NCBI GenBank assembly: GCA_027923505.1
Contig: BROI01000001.1
Coordinates: 2,480,001 to 2,544,000, forward strand
Direction of reading: 5' to 3'
Source of the DNA: Mayamaea pseudoterrestris
Taxonomy: Eukaryota
DNA length: 64,000 bases
Both the position numbers and the translations under genes were made by a program. The notes under the pieces are model-generated. The model saw only the letters and a list, made by a program, of their open reading frames with translations. It ran no database searches and was not told where the DNA came from. This document shows, piece after piece, positions 20,901-33,609 of the stretch (its first letter is position 1; each line of letters opens with the position of its first letter).

Positions 20901-23900
20901 CATTACAATGGAAGGGCGAACTAATTTCATGCATGCGAGGAGCGAGTATGGGCCTCGTGACAAGTTTCCTACTCGTTCTGGTCCGGTTCGAAACGTTGAC
21001 ATTGTCATAAGTCCAGTGAGTCTAAATTTAGTCGACGCAGAAGTCTTGGCCCGCGCCTTCGGCAAATGGTATGCACGAGCAATTCATAGCATTCGAAGCC
21101 GCAATTCGCAAATTCTCGCGCGAAGTAGTCACATCTGCGTCCCGCCCAAGAAAATTCCATCGGATAATGATACTCTTCCTCAAGTTATGATGCCTCGTAT
21201 CGTATCCATCACTCTGGACAAATTAGAATTAGCTCTTGAAGGCCACTCTCGATCCCACGCGGGGTCAAGTGATGACAAGAGCATGGCGTCGCAAGATTCT
21301 CTCTATGAAGTTGCTCCATCGACAAGAACGTATCTGATCGAGCTTCATGACGTTTCGGTCCGACAGATACGCCAAGACAAGTTCTCCACAACAGCGCTCT
21401 CCGTTGTAGATGCAGGCATCACAAGGCTGAGGGATGGATTACCGTTTACTCCTCTCAAGGGAAGGAGCAAAATGACCGACTACTGTATCCTTGAGAGTGC
21501 CAGGCGCGGGACTGGACAACACACAACTTCAGAAAGTCTACTCGAATCGGGTGATCCATGCATCTTGCACGCATCGTTTGTACATGACGGACGCCAATGC
21601 TACGATGAAGTTGACGTTGAAATTGATTCCGTGATTCTTAGAGTAACACCAATGACTCTGAAAGACTGTACCAAGGCAGCTCGACAGGTGGCCGAATTTA
21701 CTCAGCTGGTGACGAGGGAACTTGAACGCAAGGTCCACGAGGAGGGGAGACGAGCTCGGCTCCGCATGTTTTCAAATGCTGCAAGCGGATCATCAGATGG
21801 ACTTGATGGTACGCCTGGTGACCGTGCTCCTTCTCCCGCGTTGTCGGAAGCGATAAGAGTTGGCATTGAGCCATCTGCTGCTATAAAAGTCACCAATTCG
21901 GCCCAGCATGACTCGAGTATTTTATTCCGACTTACCCTCAAAGAGTCGACTCTGCTAGCAGGTCGACCCATCGCAGCTATCGAGAAGTCGAGTATCAAGC
22001 GTGATCGTCGCGTCGCGTTTGCTGTTCTTCAAGTGCTGGGCAATGCTCTAGTCATGTTTCAAAGTATTGAGAACCCTGACGCAAGTGGGTCAAAGACAAT
22101 CCACGCGAGTGTAGAGAATGTCTCTTCTATAGTGCACACTGAATTTGAGCGAGTATCGCCTGCTGAAGCAGCGCCAATGATTGGACCGCTTGCCGCTGAG
22201 TTCAGAGTTGTATACTCAACCGAAAACTTTGGCTCGATTGTTTCACAGAATATATCGCTCGATTGTGGAGGTATCAACAGTTGCCTCACTCCGAATGATG
22301 CGCTCATTATGGTTAACATATGCACAAAAATGCTTGAACGACTGCAAGCATTTCGGATGCCACCCACAAGACCCGGCGAAAACAGGTCATCTCGTCGGAG
22401 GAGTTCTTTAGCGTCGCTTATTCGCTATCAAAAACGAGGTACGGGCATTGCTACTCGCATAGACCTGGATGTCCAATCTGTCTCGTTTGTACTGTTGAAG
22501 GCGTACAAGTCAATGTATGGAGCTCCTGAGTTTCTTGGATTCCATCTCGTCGACTGGAAAGCGAAATTTGGAGGTTGTATGTCAGCACTGTCTGGCGATT
22601 GTTCTGTTCTGCTGTCCGTAAAAGTTTTCAACGCTGAAGTCTGGGACTGGGATTTTGCACTAGAGCCATTCCCGATACATTTGAAAGTCGAGCAAATGCC
22701 GAATGAAATGGTAAGGGCTCCAATTTGAGTATATATACTGGGTTATATTATCGTCTCACATGCTTTCTATTACAATTATCAGGTCCTTGATTTGTCTTCC
22801 TCTCAGCACATAAAAATGAATTTCACTGGTCTTCTTTTGAGGGAAATTGCGGAGCTTCGGTTCGACTTTATCCGCGACCGATCAAAGGGAGACGAAACGG
22901 AAGGATCTATTCTAACACCTTCTGCAATGTCGACGGTGGGACTTCGACGAGCCATAGAGTCACGACTGGTCCGCGTTAAGAACCAATCGGGAGTCGATAT
23001 TCAGGTCACATTGAATGCGACAACTTCACAGTTTGATTCCAGTATTGTTCGCAATGGTGAAGATTCGGCACTTGACATTGGAAAAATTCGCGAAGGAGAA
23101 GCAAGTATGGCTCTTCAGCTGGCCCCTTCTTCAGTTGGGCTTATTGGCGACAGGGAGCCCGTATACAATCTCCCGGTGACTGCTGCAAGTGAAAGGGTTC
23201 CAGTAGTTCTATTAAGACCGCGCGGCTTCTACGATACAATGACTCAAAACGCAGCAAATATTTTTGATGGTTTCGATGGCAGCAAGCGGACAGCCAGCCC
23301 CGAAACAACGTTGACGGATGCAACCCATGGTGACAGTGGCTTGAGCTACATTGCCGAGCCAGTTGTTGAGTGGTGTATGGAAAACCAACGTCTACGGCCA
23401 TCCATTATTGATGTATATAGTCTTGATAAGGGCCGAGATCTTTTGTCGAACAGTGTTTGGTCGCCTGATGATACGATTGTGGACAATCCGATTACCAGCT
23501 CTTCCGGTGATGGAAGCAATGCGAACCAGGAAATGGTTCCTCGGCTGTATAACACAAAAATTGCGAGCAAGTACACCGGGACTCGAAACAAAAGTAATTG
23601 GGTGAAGCCCTATCTAAACAATGATTCCCCTGAGTGGTACGGATACGTGCTGACATGTAAATTTAGCCCGTGAGGAAGACTCACGTTCATGTATGCTTTT
23701 CTTCTCAGGACTGATATGACATGTACTCTTCGCATGGCGAAAGAGCGCGTTATGTTACCTGATAGCAATTGGATGTGGGTGAATGACTGGACGGTCGACC
23801 TGTGTGGCGAGGTCGCTGATGCTGATGGGTGGGAGTACGCAGCCGACTTCGAGACATTTACTAAGACGAGACGCAACTACGAGAGGGGCGACAGCTGCCG

Positions 23901-26900
23901 CCGGCGACGTTGGATCCGGACAAGAATAGTAAAACCAGGTGCACTACAACGCCGTCACCTGAAGTTGATTTGGGAGACATCGGAAGATGAGAAGGGCAAC
24001 TATACAGTTGTCGTTCGGAGTCACGTGAGATGCAAGAATCGGTCAGGTACTCCATTGAGCATCTTCCTTGCATGTCCAAGCTGGGATCAGGATGTTTCTA
24101 TTGGTACGCTTCAGTCCGACGATGAAGCCTACGTTCCTTTACACTTATCGTCAGCAGTATATATGCGCCTTGCACGCCCAGTAGGATCGAAGAAGGAACC
24201 ACGGTCGATTCATGACTGCACCTGCACTGAGCGCTTTTGCATTCTACCGACGAGCTACACATCGAGCTCATCGATTCGTTTGACGATGGAGCTCTCGGAC
24301 AACGTATCGCAGACGAAGCTCAATTTTGTGGTTAACATCATCAGCAAGCATGGGGTAGTAGATGTCATCATTGACCCAGTTCTAAAAATAATCAACCTTC
24401 TGCCTTGTGCGCTTGAATGTCAACTGGGTGAGCTTATTGGTGGGGTTCCTCGAAAAGGAGCGGATGCTAGACCAATTCTTGGCAAGATAGGCACGCACAA
24501 GAAGATTGCTTTATGCGAGACTTTAAGTGTCGACATCGGCAAAGAAACGACTTGTATTGCAGTGACGCCGTTTAAAAAGCCTCACATATCTTTGCGAGTC
24601 CCTGGCTATGAGTGGTCACCGTGGCAACGAATTGTGAATCGAAAAGCGAGCGACAATACCTGGCTACCATCGGAAAAAGAAGAAGATTATCATTTGCATT
24701 TGAAAGAAGACAGTGAACTGAAGACACGCGTTCAGTTCGAGCGCGTCCTACAAGGCGGTGATCTACTAAACGTGGTTCTCAGCGTGGAGTACGGGCATTG
24801 TCCAACACTGCGCATCTATAGTCAGTTTTGGATCATTGACAAAACTGGATTTGGTTGCAGGTTTTCGGAGGGCTTCGCTGACTTCCTTGCTTCTGCACCA
24901 GATCCTGAGACGTCGCGCCGATCCCATTTACTGACAACTGAAGCAAAGCAATCCGCGATCAAACGCGATTTAACTCTTGCAGGTCATGAGTGGTCCATTG
25001 GAATGAGCGGGATGTCACTTTATTTCAGCAGGCGCGAGAAACTGACTCTCGCTATTGAAACTGGGCTAAAGGAGCGCAATGCGCCGAAGAGTTCACAGAA
25101 AGTGAAATCCAAGTGGGTCTCTCCATTGGACATATCGAACGTCGTGCCGAAGACTGTCTTTTCAGTTGACGAGCTGAATGGAACGCGCCAATTTGACTTG
25201 TGTATCAGTGTCACCGTTTGTCCTGGTATTTTCAAGAGAACACGACTAATCACCCTCCTTCCGAGATACCAGATTGTAAATCTCCTTCATCGCGAGCTCG
25301 TAATTGCGCAGGATGGATGTTCAGGTGGAGCTTTATTGGTCCCCTCTCAGTCGGCCATTTTCTTTCATTGGGAAAGGCGCTCACTACCTCCCAAAGTTCG
25401 TATCGGTGCCCCATCGGCTCAAGACAAGGCACGAGGCAATTTTAAACACTCGCAATGTTGGACGAAGGGTTGCTTTCGTGCAGATAGAGTGGGAATAACA
25501 TCCCTACGGCTCCCGACAGGTGAAGGCTTGACAAAGATTCCACTGGTCGTTCAAGCAGAAGTAAGGTTGGCATCCAAAGATCAAGCATCTGCGGTCGTGA
25601 TAGTCATTTCTGTTGCGAACGAAAAAAGCAATCCGTTATATTTACTCCGGAACTGTACCCCTCATACGATTCTTTGTCGCCAGCCACTCCGCGAGGAGCC
25701 GACACAGAGACAACGCATCGAAGATAAACCTGCAGAAGTCGGCGCACATTCGAACAATCATCGCCGCAAAGCATCAAGTGATTTTAATTGCGTACCTACA
25801 GAAATAGGTCCGATTTTTGAGTCTTTGCTTGGTTTGAGGCCACTACAGGATTTCGTTTGGACTCTTACCTGTGGTGCTGTTGCGTGCTTTGGTTTCGACG
25901 ATCCCGAAAAGCCCCATATGCTAGAATGGACTTGCGTCGAAGGAGGCGATGCTTCTTTTGGGGGCCGGACATCGTTTGTTGAAATCGATGCCATGGGTTC
26001 GTCGAGCGTTCTTGATTTGCATGACGGAAGACAGATTTTATGCCAGATGAAAGCCGAGCATTCAACGAAGGTCGTGGAGTTTACAGAATTTGCTCTTTCA
26101 CAGACAACAGATTCACCTTTATCAAGAGGATCGCCATCGTTTGGGCATAAAGGATCGGCAAGTCCGAACCCGCTAGTTGTTTCTGATAGCAGATCTGCCG
26201 CTAGTCTTATCGAAGACGAGGACGATCCGGCTTTCAGTGTTCGTATAAGTTTGCCAGGCTTGGGCATAAGCGTCATTAATAATGGCGACTCAAGATCGTT
26301 TGGCCGAGAAATTATTCTTGCTAAGCTGGACACAATATACTTTGCATTCTCACAAACTAGGGAAGGATATCATGAATTTGAATTAACGGTTCTAAATTTG
26401 CAGGCCGATAACCATGTGCAACATTCAGTTCACCCGGTGCTTGTAAGTGCGTTGACACTGAATATGCTTGTTGCTCGCCAGTAAATGCTCACATTGCATA
26501 ATTTAGCTATTTTGTCCAAGAACAAACACAGGCGCCTCGGAAAACTTGTTACATCTCTCCGCTGTGCGTCGCCTACAAAAACATTCGAACACTCTAGTTT
26601 TTCGGTACGCCGCCATTAGACTACTCGAAATTGAAATATATCTCGATCGTCGGTAAGTCCATGTCCAAGCAGATCACTCAAGCCCATGGAATTAACTGAA
26701 GCTAATTCTTGCCTTTTAACCGTCAACGAATAGTACCGCCGAGGCTTTCGCTCGTTTCATAGAACCTCTGATCACAGCAAAAGAAGAAGAAATGGTGGAG
26801 GCAACATATTGGCTGACGAAGATGACAGCGACCATTGGAAAAAGATTTGCCTCATCCGAGCGCGATGCACCTCGGGAGATCGAGAAGACGGTGCACGAAG

Positions 26901-28845
26901 CAAATACCGGTCGAATTTATTTTGAACAACTTTATCTTCATCCCGTTCGCATTGGCTTGACTTTTACGCAAGAATGGATGGAACCGCCAAATACAGCAGA
27001 ACATGAGGCAATGATGGTGTTTCAGTTTATTCGGGGCATGGTAAGTGGCTTTAGCAACACTTCCCGAACGCTTCTCTTTCTGACACGATCGTGCTTGCAC
27101 AGGCTTCAATTGCAAATGCGCCTTTGTTCTTCACCTCTTTTGTCGTAAGCCACGTCTTTGAAGCTCCAGATACGTTGACGAAAATTATTGCCGCACATTA
27201 CTCGTCGCAACTGACGAGACAAATCTTTAAACTCCTTGGTAGTCTTGCTATCCTGGGTGCCCCTGCCGATTTTTTGACAAATGTCGGGACTGGCGTCCGA
27301 GACTTCTTCTACGAACCGATTCAAGGAGCAGTACTTGGCCCGAAAGAGTTCATTCAGGGTCTGGACAGAGGAACTCAGAGTCTTGCCCGCGGACTCTTTG
27401 TAGGCATTGTGCGTGGAACTGCCAATGTGACTGATGCAGTGAACACCAATCTTGCCGGTCTCACTGCGGATGATGACTTCATTGATGAGCGCAAAACACA
27501 CCAGCGAATGCTAACCGATGCCATGAGTCGTGGGCTTGCTGCAAACCGCTCGCTCAGCGACTCATTTGGTCTCGCCGGTGCAAGCATTGCGCGATGTTTG
27601 CGATCGGGAGCGCTTGGGGTTTTGGAACAACCGACTTTGTATGCATCAAAGCATGGTCCTGTTGGTTTTGTAAAAGGTCTTGGTAAGGGACTTGTCGGCG
27701 CTATTTTAAAACCAGTGGTCGGCGTCGGTGATGCTGCCGTGTTGGTAATGAACCACATGTCGGATGCCACCAGCATGAAGCAAGCGCCACCCAAGATCCC
27801 AAAGCGATTACGCCGTGCGCTTCCTTGCCGTTCCATCGACCATCCGAACTGTGTACGTCTTGATCCATATGATGAGAAGGCTGCCAAGGCACAGAAAATT
27901 GTGACTGGTAGTGAGAGTGTCAACGATGTTTACATCTGTCATTTGAACATATCCAGTCATTTGATTATTGCGAGCGAGCAATGCTTGTGGGCGATTGACC
28001 GACAAACACGGGACCCATGGTGCGTGAACTGGGCAGAGATTAGCCACTATGCTACCATGGAAGGTGGCGTGCGGGTCGTTGTTTTCAGTCAAGCTGGCTT
28101 GAAGACATATGTCTTTGACGTTGAAAACAAGAAGCATCGCGCCATGTTTCAGTCCCTTTTGTCCATGCAGCAGCGCAAAATGGGCAACTCGTCGGAGCTT
28201 AACAGCTCTATCCTTAGCGCCGAACCTGAGAGTCTTTCGCGGCACCAAATTCCCGGAATCAAGGCACCGCAGGTGAATCATATTTTTGGAAGCTGCAACC
28301 AGAGTCGTAAGAAGCTTGACAATTCGGTCAAAGATGAGATTGATTTGGTTGAACAATGCTTTACACGCGTCAGAGAAATGAGCAGTCACTCCTCCACCTT
28401 TTTCCGAACGCTGGACGAGGAGGCGTGGTGTCTTGTTTCTTCGTGGGGTCAAGTATTTTCTGGTTTGAGCTCTCGTCGTTGTATTATCGCAAGTGTGATC
28501 AATGGAACCGGAGCTCCAATACAAGTCAAGTCCACCAAGCTTATGGAAGGTGGAAGCCCATGCTATTCCATCCCGACCAAGGAATTTGACGCGGAGCAAG
28601 GTATTCTCCATCCAGGTGGAGTCATTTTATTCTTTGGCTGGGGCACTGTTCCTTCTCTGCTGCAGCCGGGTCGAGTCTTTATGCACATTGAAACAAATGC
28701 GTTTATTGGTGACTTTTCGGACCAAAAGAGTCCGGAAACGTACGCAGAATCAATGCCTGGCTATCAGGTGGGATTTTTGGAAAAGTCGTTTGACGAGTTT
28801 TCCTGGTGGGCAAAATTTTGGTTGCTTGTCCGAGCGAAAAAGTAA
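17934..28845 (+). CDS. VPS13: VPS13-family bridge-like lipid transfer protein; introns ~19145-19217, 22711-22782, 23637-23708, 26443-26506, 26653-26732, 27041-27102
   Basis: Chorein-N (VFGEYILNMSKENMKIGALKGKIELENVQL), WWQYCIACV, VNIAAPKVFVP, VAB repeats (PRYQIVN), IYFEQLYLHPV, ATG2_C-like GFVKGLGKGLVGAILKPV. Inserted DysF domain. Confidence 0.93.
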
Positions 28846-29145
28846 TTGGTACTGCAACAGTGTGTTGACTGGCTGTACTTACATGTAACTACTTGAGAAA
28901 CATTATTCATTGTAGCATAGCAATGCGTTAAGTCCTGGATAAATCTCGACGCTCCATTAACGTTAGCTGCTTGTGAATTCTGTCGCATCGGTTCTCCTCA
29001 ACCAGGTACCGCAAAGACATCGCACCTCAAGTTGCTTGCAAAGCAACCGCCATGGAGGAAAGCAATCCAAACTCAAAGCATCACAAGTATTTTACCTTAC
29101 CCTCTGTTCTTAGCAAGCAAACCAGTCAACTCTATCCAAATCGGT

Positions 29146-32100
29146 ATGAGCTTCGATCAGCATGACTTGTTTGAACTTGAGCGATCAATTATGGAAGCCT
29201 ACTTGCGCGAGGCTGACATTTCGACACATTTTCAACGCAAGTCATCATCGGCTACATTGACTGTCAAGGATTTGGAGCTGGAAGACGGCAAACCATCAAT
29301 ACGAGACGAAACGTTGAAGCTAGAAGTACTGGAGGCTTGGCGGAAATTAGTCTTCTTTATGAAGAAGGAAAATGTCTTTCAAGACTATGTTGAAAACTTA
29401 TCGGAAGCCTTCAAGGAAGTCTTGGTTGCCGACAAGTCACTCTATCGACACCTTCATACTCTCACCAATCTACTGATCAATACTGCGGAAAACAAAGCAC
29501 GTGACAATTCCACCGAATGTCGGTTTGTGACGCTCCTTGAAGTGATTCTTTCCTACGGCCGCAAGTGGAGTCCATCGGAGGAAGTGTCACGCTTTTGGGT
29601 AAGACTATCGCAGCGCATTCCTTCCGATGTTCCAGCCGTCAATTTTCGGCGCAAGGCTTACCGCGTCCTAGTATCACTATCCTGGGTACCAAGTTCCAAG
29701 GGACTCTTGGAGGCTTGCTCCTTTGAGGAGTCGCGCCAACGCATCGATCCAACGAAATCACCCAGTCGCGTCAGAGCGCAAATTGAAAAGATCCAGGATC
29801 GACCGCAGCCGCGGTTTGACTGCGTGAATCAAGTATTGGATCGGCTCAAAGATGAAACAGATGTGCGCGTGGCCATTACATCCGAGCGGGAGGGACTGGG
29901 CAAGACAACGTTGGCTGCGTTGGTGGCGTCGCATCCGTCGATTCTCCGAGTATTCAAAGTTCTTTGGCTAAACATTCAAAAAGTGTCTATGACATATGAT
30001 CGGTACACGCAATTGCTGGACGAGTTATGCGAGCAATTGGATGTATCGCTGGAGTGGCCTCGGCCGATCAAGCGGTTTGAAGAATCCGCCCTGAAGGAGA
30101 TTCGCGATCAAGACTTGATGAAGGTTGCATGCAGCAAAATGTGTGAGATGCTGGAAAGTCGAGAAGACAATATACTATTGGTACTTGACGATGTTATCGA
30201 CGGAAAAGTCATTGACTTGTTTCGCTTCAGCGAACGACAGTCAATCATCGTCACGACTGCTGCTGCATTGACGGGCGTCGATTGGAGTGTGGAGCTGGGG
30301 TACTTGAGTGAGGAGGAATCGATTGAACTATTTTTGACTGAAGCTGGTTTTCCATTTGATCATATACTGGGCCTGACGGTTGAGGTTCGGAAGATCGTCA
30401 ACCAGTGCGACCGGCACCCCTTGACCATTCGAACAGTGGCGCGTTGGTTTCGGATGAAATCTGTGACAGCTGGTGTTGCTGCAGGAATGGCAGAGATTCT
30501 TCAGGACCTTGCACATCTGAAGGAGGTCGACGATGACATGACCTTGAATAGTGACGATGACGAGGTTAAAGGGGAGAAATCTGCTGCTCCCTTCCTCTTC
30601 GACGTTCTTAGTCTCGCGCTTGGTCCAAAGCGCGTCGAAGAAGGTTCCAATCAAACAATCCTCTTTTTCATGTGTCTTGCTTCCATGGTCGCGATCTTCC
30701 CAAGAAAAACGCCATTGGACACTCTGTTGCTTTTATGGGAGCAGCTTTTAAAAAGCGATTCGCATGCAGTCGACGAAATGTCTCATTTCGATGCAGATTC
30801 CTTGCCACCCGCACAACTGAAAAAGCTCGCATTGAAGCAGGCTGTGTTTGTCGCGGAGGGTTTGACGCATATGGGCATTATCATTGTATCTGAGGAGAAT
30901 GGCAATGCGACTGTCGAAGTGCATCACCAGATATATCGCGATTTTGCTCTATACATGGCGAAACAGATGGACTTAGCCGAAACATACGAAGAAACTGTTC
31001 AAAACTGGAACAAAGCTTTTGTCACGGCATATTTCACTCAACAAATTCAAGGGACGCTCGAGGAGTTGGAACAAAACAGTCAAACGTACGCTACCAAACA
31101 GTTGCCAAGCCACATATTTAAAGCAAAGATGTTCCCCATCGCTGAAACGGTTCTCGGCGAAAGTAACTTCTTCCATGCACGCATTGAATGCATGGGATGG
31201 GATCGCGCTGTTGATTGTCACATCGACGACTGCTTCATGCTTCAACAGGCATTGAACAAAAGTATAGAGGAAGAAACGGGTCATGCGCCTCGTCTCTCCC
31301 CCGTTTTTGAGCAGATAGCATCAGTGCTTACCGAACAGCTAGAGAACGACCGAGCAGATCAAAGCTTGACCTTTGCAATTGCTTTTGCCGTTTGTAAAAT
31401 TGGTATCGCGCTAGCGGAGAATGGTCACCATGAAGCAGCCACTGAATATTTGGAGAAGTCATGGAGCATGTCCCCAGATTCCGAAGAGCTGCAGGCAAAA
31501 CTCCTCTATTTTTCTGGATGGGTCCAACTCTGCACAAACCAATGCGAGAGAGCCTTAAAAATGGTTCGTGGAAGTCGAAGAATAATTGAGGACTCGGCCG
31601 TTGAGCACGAGATGCTTTATGACGTTTTGCAGCTTCAAGCTGATGCCCTCGTCGGGGAATGCGAGTACAGGGAGGCCCTGGCTTTTCTTGTCGACACTAT
31701 TGAGACTCTGCGTCCCAACGCCGAGAAACACCGCATTGAATTTGGAATGTTGTTGTTGAAGAAGAGTTTAGTTGAAGTTGTGATGGGCTATCTGGATCGA
31801 GCCAAGGCAAGCTTTACTGAATGTGTTGAATGGAAAAGTCGTACAAACGAGACCAGTCGCAGCTTGTCACTTGCCCACAAATACCTTGGAGATATCGCGA
31901 TTGAGCAGCGCAAAGTAAGCGAGGCCAGGGAGCACTACGAGAATGGCCTGCACGTGCTAGACAGCTTAAAAATTGGGACGGACGACGTGGACCACCTACT
32001 GCTCACTGGACGAGCAAAGATTCTTCGTAAAGACTGGGACGGTTGCATTGAAGCGTTAAAACAGGCTCGGCATCTTATAGTCGACAAGCCTAATGTCTCT

Positions 32101-33549
32101 ATGGACCAGTCTGCTGCCGATCTCCGCTATATAGCACGAACGTATCACCAACGTGGCGATTGCGACGACGCCGTGAGCGTCCTGCAAGACAGCTTATCGC
32201 TAACAGATCTTCGTCTATACTCTCTGGAGCGGTCTGCGGGTCTTCTTGAATTGGCCAATGTACTTTTGGACCAGGATCAGCCAAGCGAGGGGTTGCTATG
32301 TTTGGAGCAATCTCTTGAGATAAGCATTTTAAAGCTTGGCGAGTGTGTGCAGCTTCTTGACACTTTAAACGCCATTGGGAATGTGCACTTGTCACTTGGA
32401 GCCTATGAAGAAGCGCTTACCGTATTCTATAAGGTCGATGAGTTAACGCGACGAATAGCTCCAGACGATGTCGAAAGGATTGCTGGTGTTCTCTACTCGA
32501 TTGGGGAAGTACACGACGCCAAGAAAGACTTTACAGAAGCAGTTGAGAAGTTCAATGAGTGCATGGAAGTTCTTCGGTTGCAACGAAGTCAGGACCATCC
32601 GCACATTGCCAAGGCACTTCAGCGTCTCGGAGATGTGACCGTCTTGCAAAAGGATTACGATACTGCATATAATTACTTTGTTGAGGCCCTTCGCATTCGA
32701 AAGATTGACACAGACGAGCGGAACTTGGCTGAAACAATGCACAGCTTGGGCGTGTTACGGCGAAAGCAGAAGCAAATTGACGTTGCTCAGGAGACGTTGC
32801 TGGATGCTTTGGAAATTCGCCAGCGACTTGGCAATGGTCGTGAAACGGGAGAGACATTGCTGGAACTTGGAAATATTTACCGCCTAAAAGGCAATGCGGA
32901 GGATGCCATTTCCTTGTATGAAAAGAGCTTGGAAGTGTTGGAGCAGAAGGACGACATTCGCGGCAGCGTTTATCTTGCACTCTCGCATGCGCAGTTATCC
33001 GAGGGACTAGACAAGAAAGCACTAAAATGTTGCGAGCAAGCCTTGTCGATTCGACTTGCAGCATATGGCAAGGACAATCTCAAGACGGGCAATGTTTCTC
33101 GCAGCCTTGGAATCATTCGATACTTGTTCAACAATGGCGACGAAGCTTTGGTTCATTTGAATGAGTTTGTCCGCGTCATTGAAATGAACGACGACGAGGA
33201 CAACGAAGAGGAAGGCGACGACGTTGACTACCTCTTGTCTGTTCTTCTCATGTTTGACATTCACAAGGCGAATGGCCGAGAAGAGCAAGCTCGTAATTTG
33301 TTGGAAGTTGCAAAGGATGTTTGCGAGGAAAGCGAGGATGTACGCGAGCAGCTTCCGGAACTGATTGAAATGACGGAACGTCGGATCAAGATGCAGGAGG
33401 AAAAGGTAGCACACAAGGAAGTTGAGAAGGAGAAGAAGGGTCTCCTGGCAAGGCTCAACTTGTCGAACGAGGAGGGCGTTCTCGGAAAGCTCATGCTTGA
33501 GCCAAGCGAATGCGAAACGATGCGAAAGATACCTTTCATTGATGACTAA
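29146..33549 (+). CDS. NB-ARC/STAND NTPase with C-terminal TPR array (NLR-like)
   Basis: GLGKTTLA (Walker A), ILLVLDDV (Walker B), IIVTT, HPLTI, VHHQ, then many TPRs (e.g. HPHIAKALQRLGDV, LAETMHSLGVL). Intronless ORF. Confidence 0.85.
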   Translation: MSFDQHDLFELERSIMEAYLREADISTHFQRKSSSATLTVKDLELEDGKPSIRDETLKLEVLEAWRKLVFFMKKENVFQDYVENLSEAFKEVLVADKSLYRHLHTLTNLLINTAENKARDNSTECRFVTLLEVILSYGRKWSPSEEVSRFWVRLSQRIPSDVPAVNFRRKAYRVLVSLSWVPSSKGLLEACSFEESRQRIDPTKSPSRVRAQIEKIQDRPQPRFDCVNQVLDRLKDETDVRVAITSEREGLGKTTLAALVASHPSILRVFKVLWLNIQKVSMTYDRYTQLLDELCEQLDVSLEWPRPIKRFEESALKEIRDQDLMKVACSKMCEMLESREDNILLVLDDVIDGKVIDLFRFSERQSIIVTTAAALTGVDWSVELGYLSEEESIELFLTEAGFPFDHILGLTVEVRKIVNQCDRHPLTIRTVARWFRMKSVTAGVAAGMAEILQDLAHLKEVDDDMTLNSDDDEVKGEKSAAPFLFDVLSLALGPKRVEEGSNQTILFFMCLASMVAIFPRKTPLDTLLLLWEQLLKSDSHAVDEMSHFDADSLPPAQLKKLALKQAVFVAEGLTHMGIIIVSEENGNATVEVHHQIYRDFALYMAKQMDLAETYEETVQNWNKAFVTAYFTQQIQGTLEELEQNSQTYATKQLPSHIFKAKMFPIAETVLGESNFFHARIECMGWDRAVDCHIDDCFMLQQALNKSIEEETGHAPRLSPVFEQIASVLTEQLENDRADQSLTFAIAFAVCKIGIALAENGHHEAATEYLEKSWSMSPDSEELQAKLLYFSGWVQLCTNQCERALKMVRGSRRIIEDSAVEHEMLYDVLQLQADALVGECEYREALAFLVDTIETLRPNAEKHRIEFGMLLLKKSLVEVVMGYLDRAKASFTECVEWKSRTNETSRSLSLAHKYLGDIAIEQRKVSEAREHYENGLHVLDSLKIGTDDVDHLLLTGRAKILRKDWDGCIEALKQARHLIVDKPNVSMDQSAADLRYIARTYHQRGDCDDAVSVLQDSLSLTDLRLYSLERSAGLLELANVLLDQDQPSEGLLCLEQSLEISILKLGECVQLLDTLNAIGNVHLSLGAYEEALTVFYKVDELTRRIAPDDVERIAGVLYSIGEVHDAKKDFTEAVEKFNECMEVLRLQRSQDHPHIAKALQRLGDVTVLQKDYDTAYNYFVEALRIRKIDTDERNLAETMHSLGVLRRKQKQIDVAQETLLDALEIRQRLGNGRETGETLLELGNIYRLKGNAEDAISLYEKSLEVLEQKDDIRGSVYLALSHAQLSEGLDKKALKCCEQALSIRLAAYGKDNLKTGNVSRSLGIIRYLFNNGDEALVHLNEFVRVIEMNDDEDNEEEGDDVDYLLSVLLMFDIHKANGREEQARNLLEVAKDVCEESEDVREQLPELIEMTERRIKMQEEKVAHKEVEKEKKGLLARLNLSNEEGVLGKLMLEPSECETMRKIPFIDD

Positions 33550-33609
33550 TAGCGTGTACACACAGAATTGGGAATGAATATTGCAAGAAACTAGGCATGA
33601 GTTGCTCTT

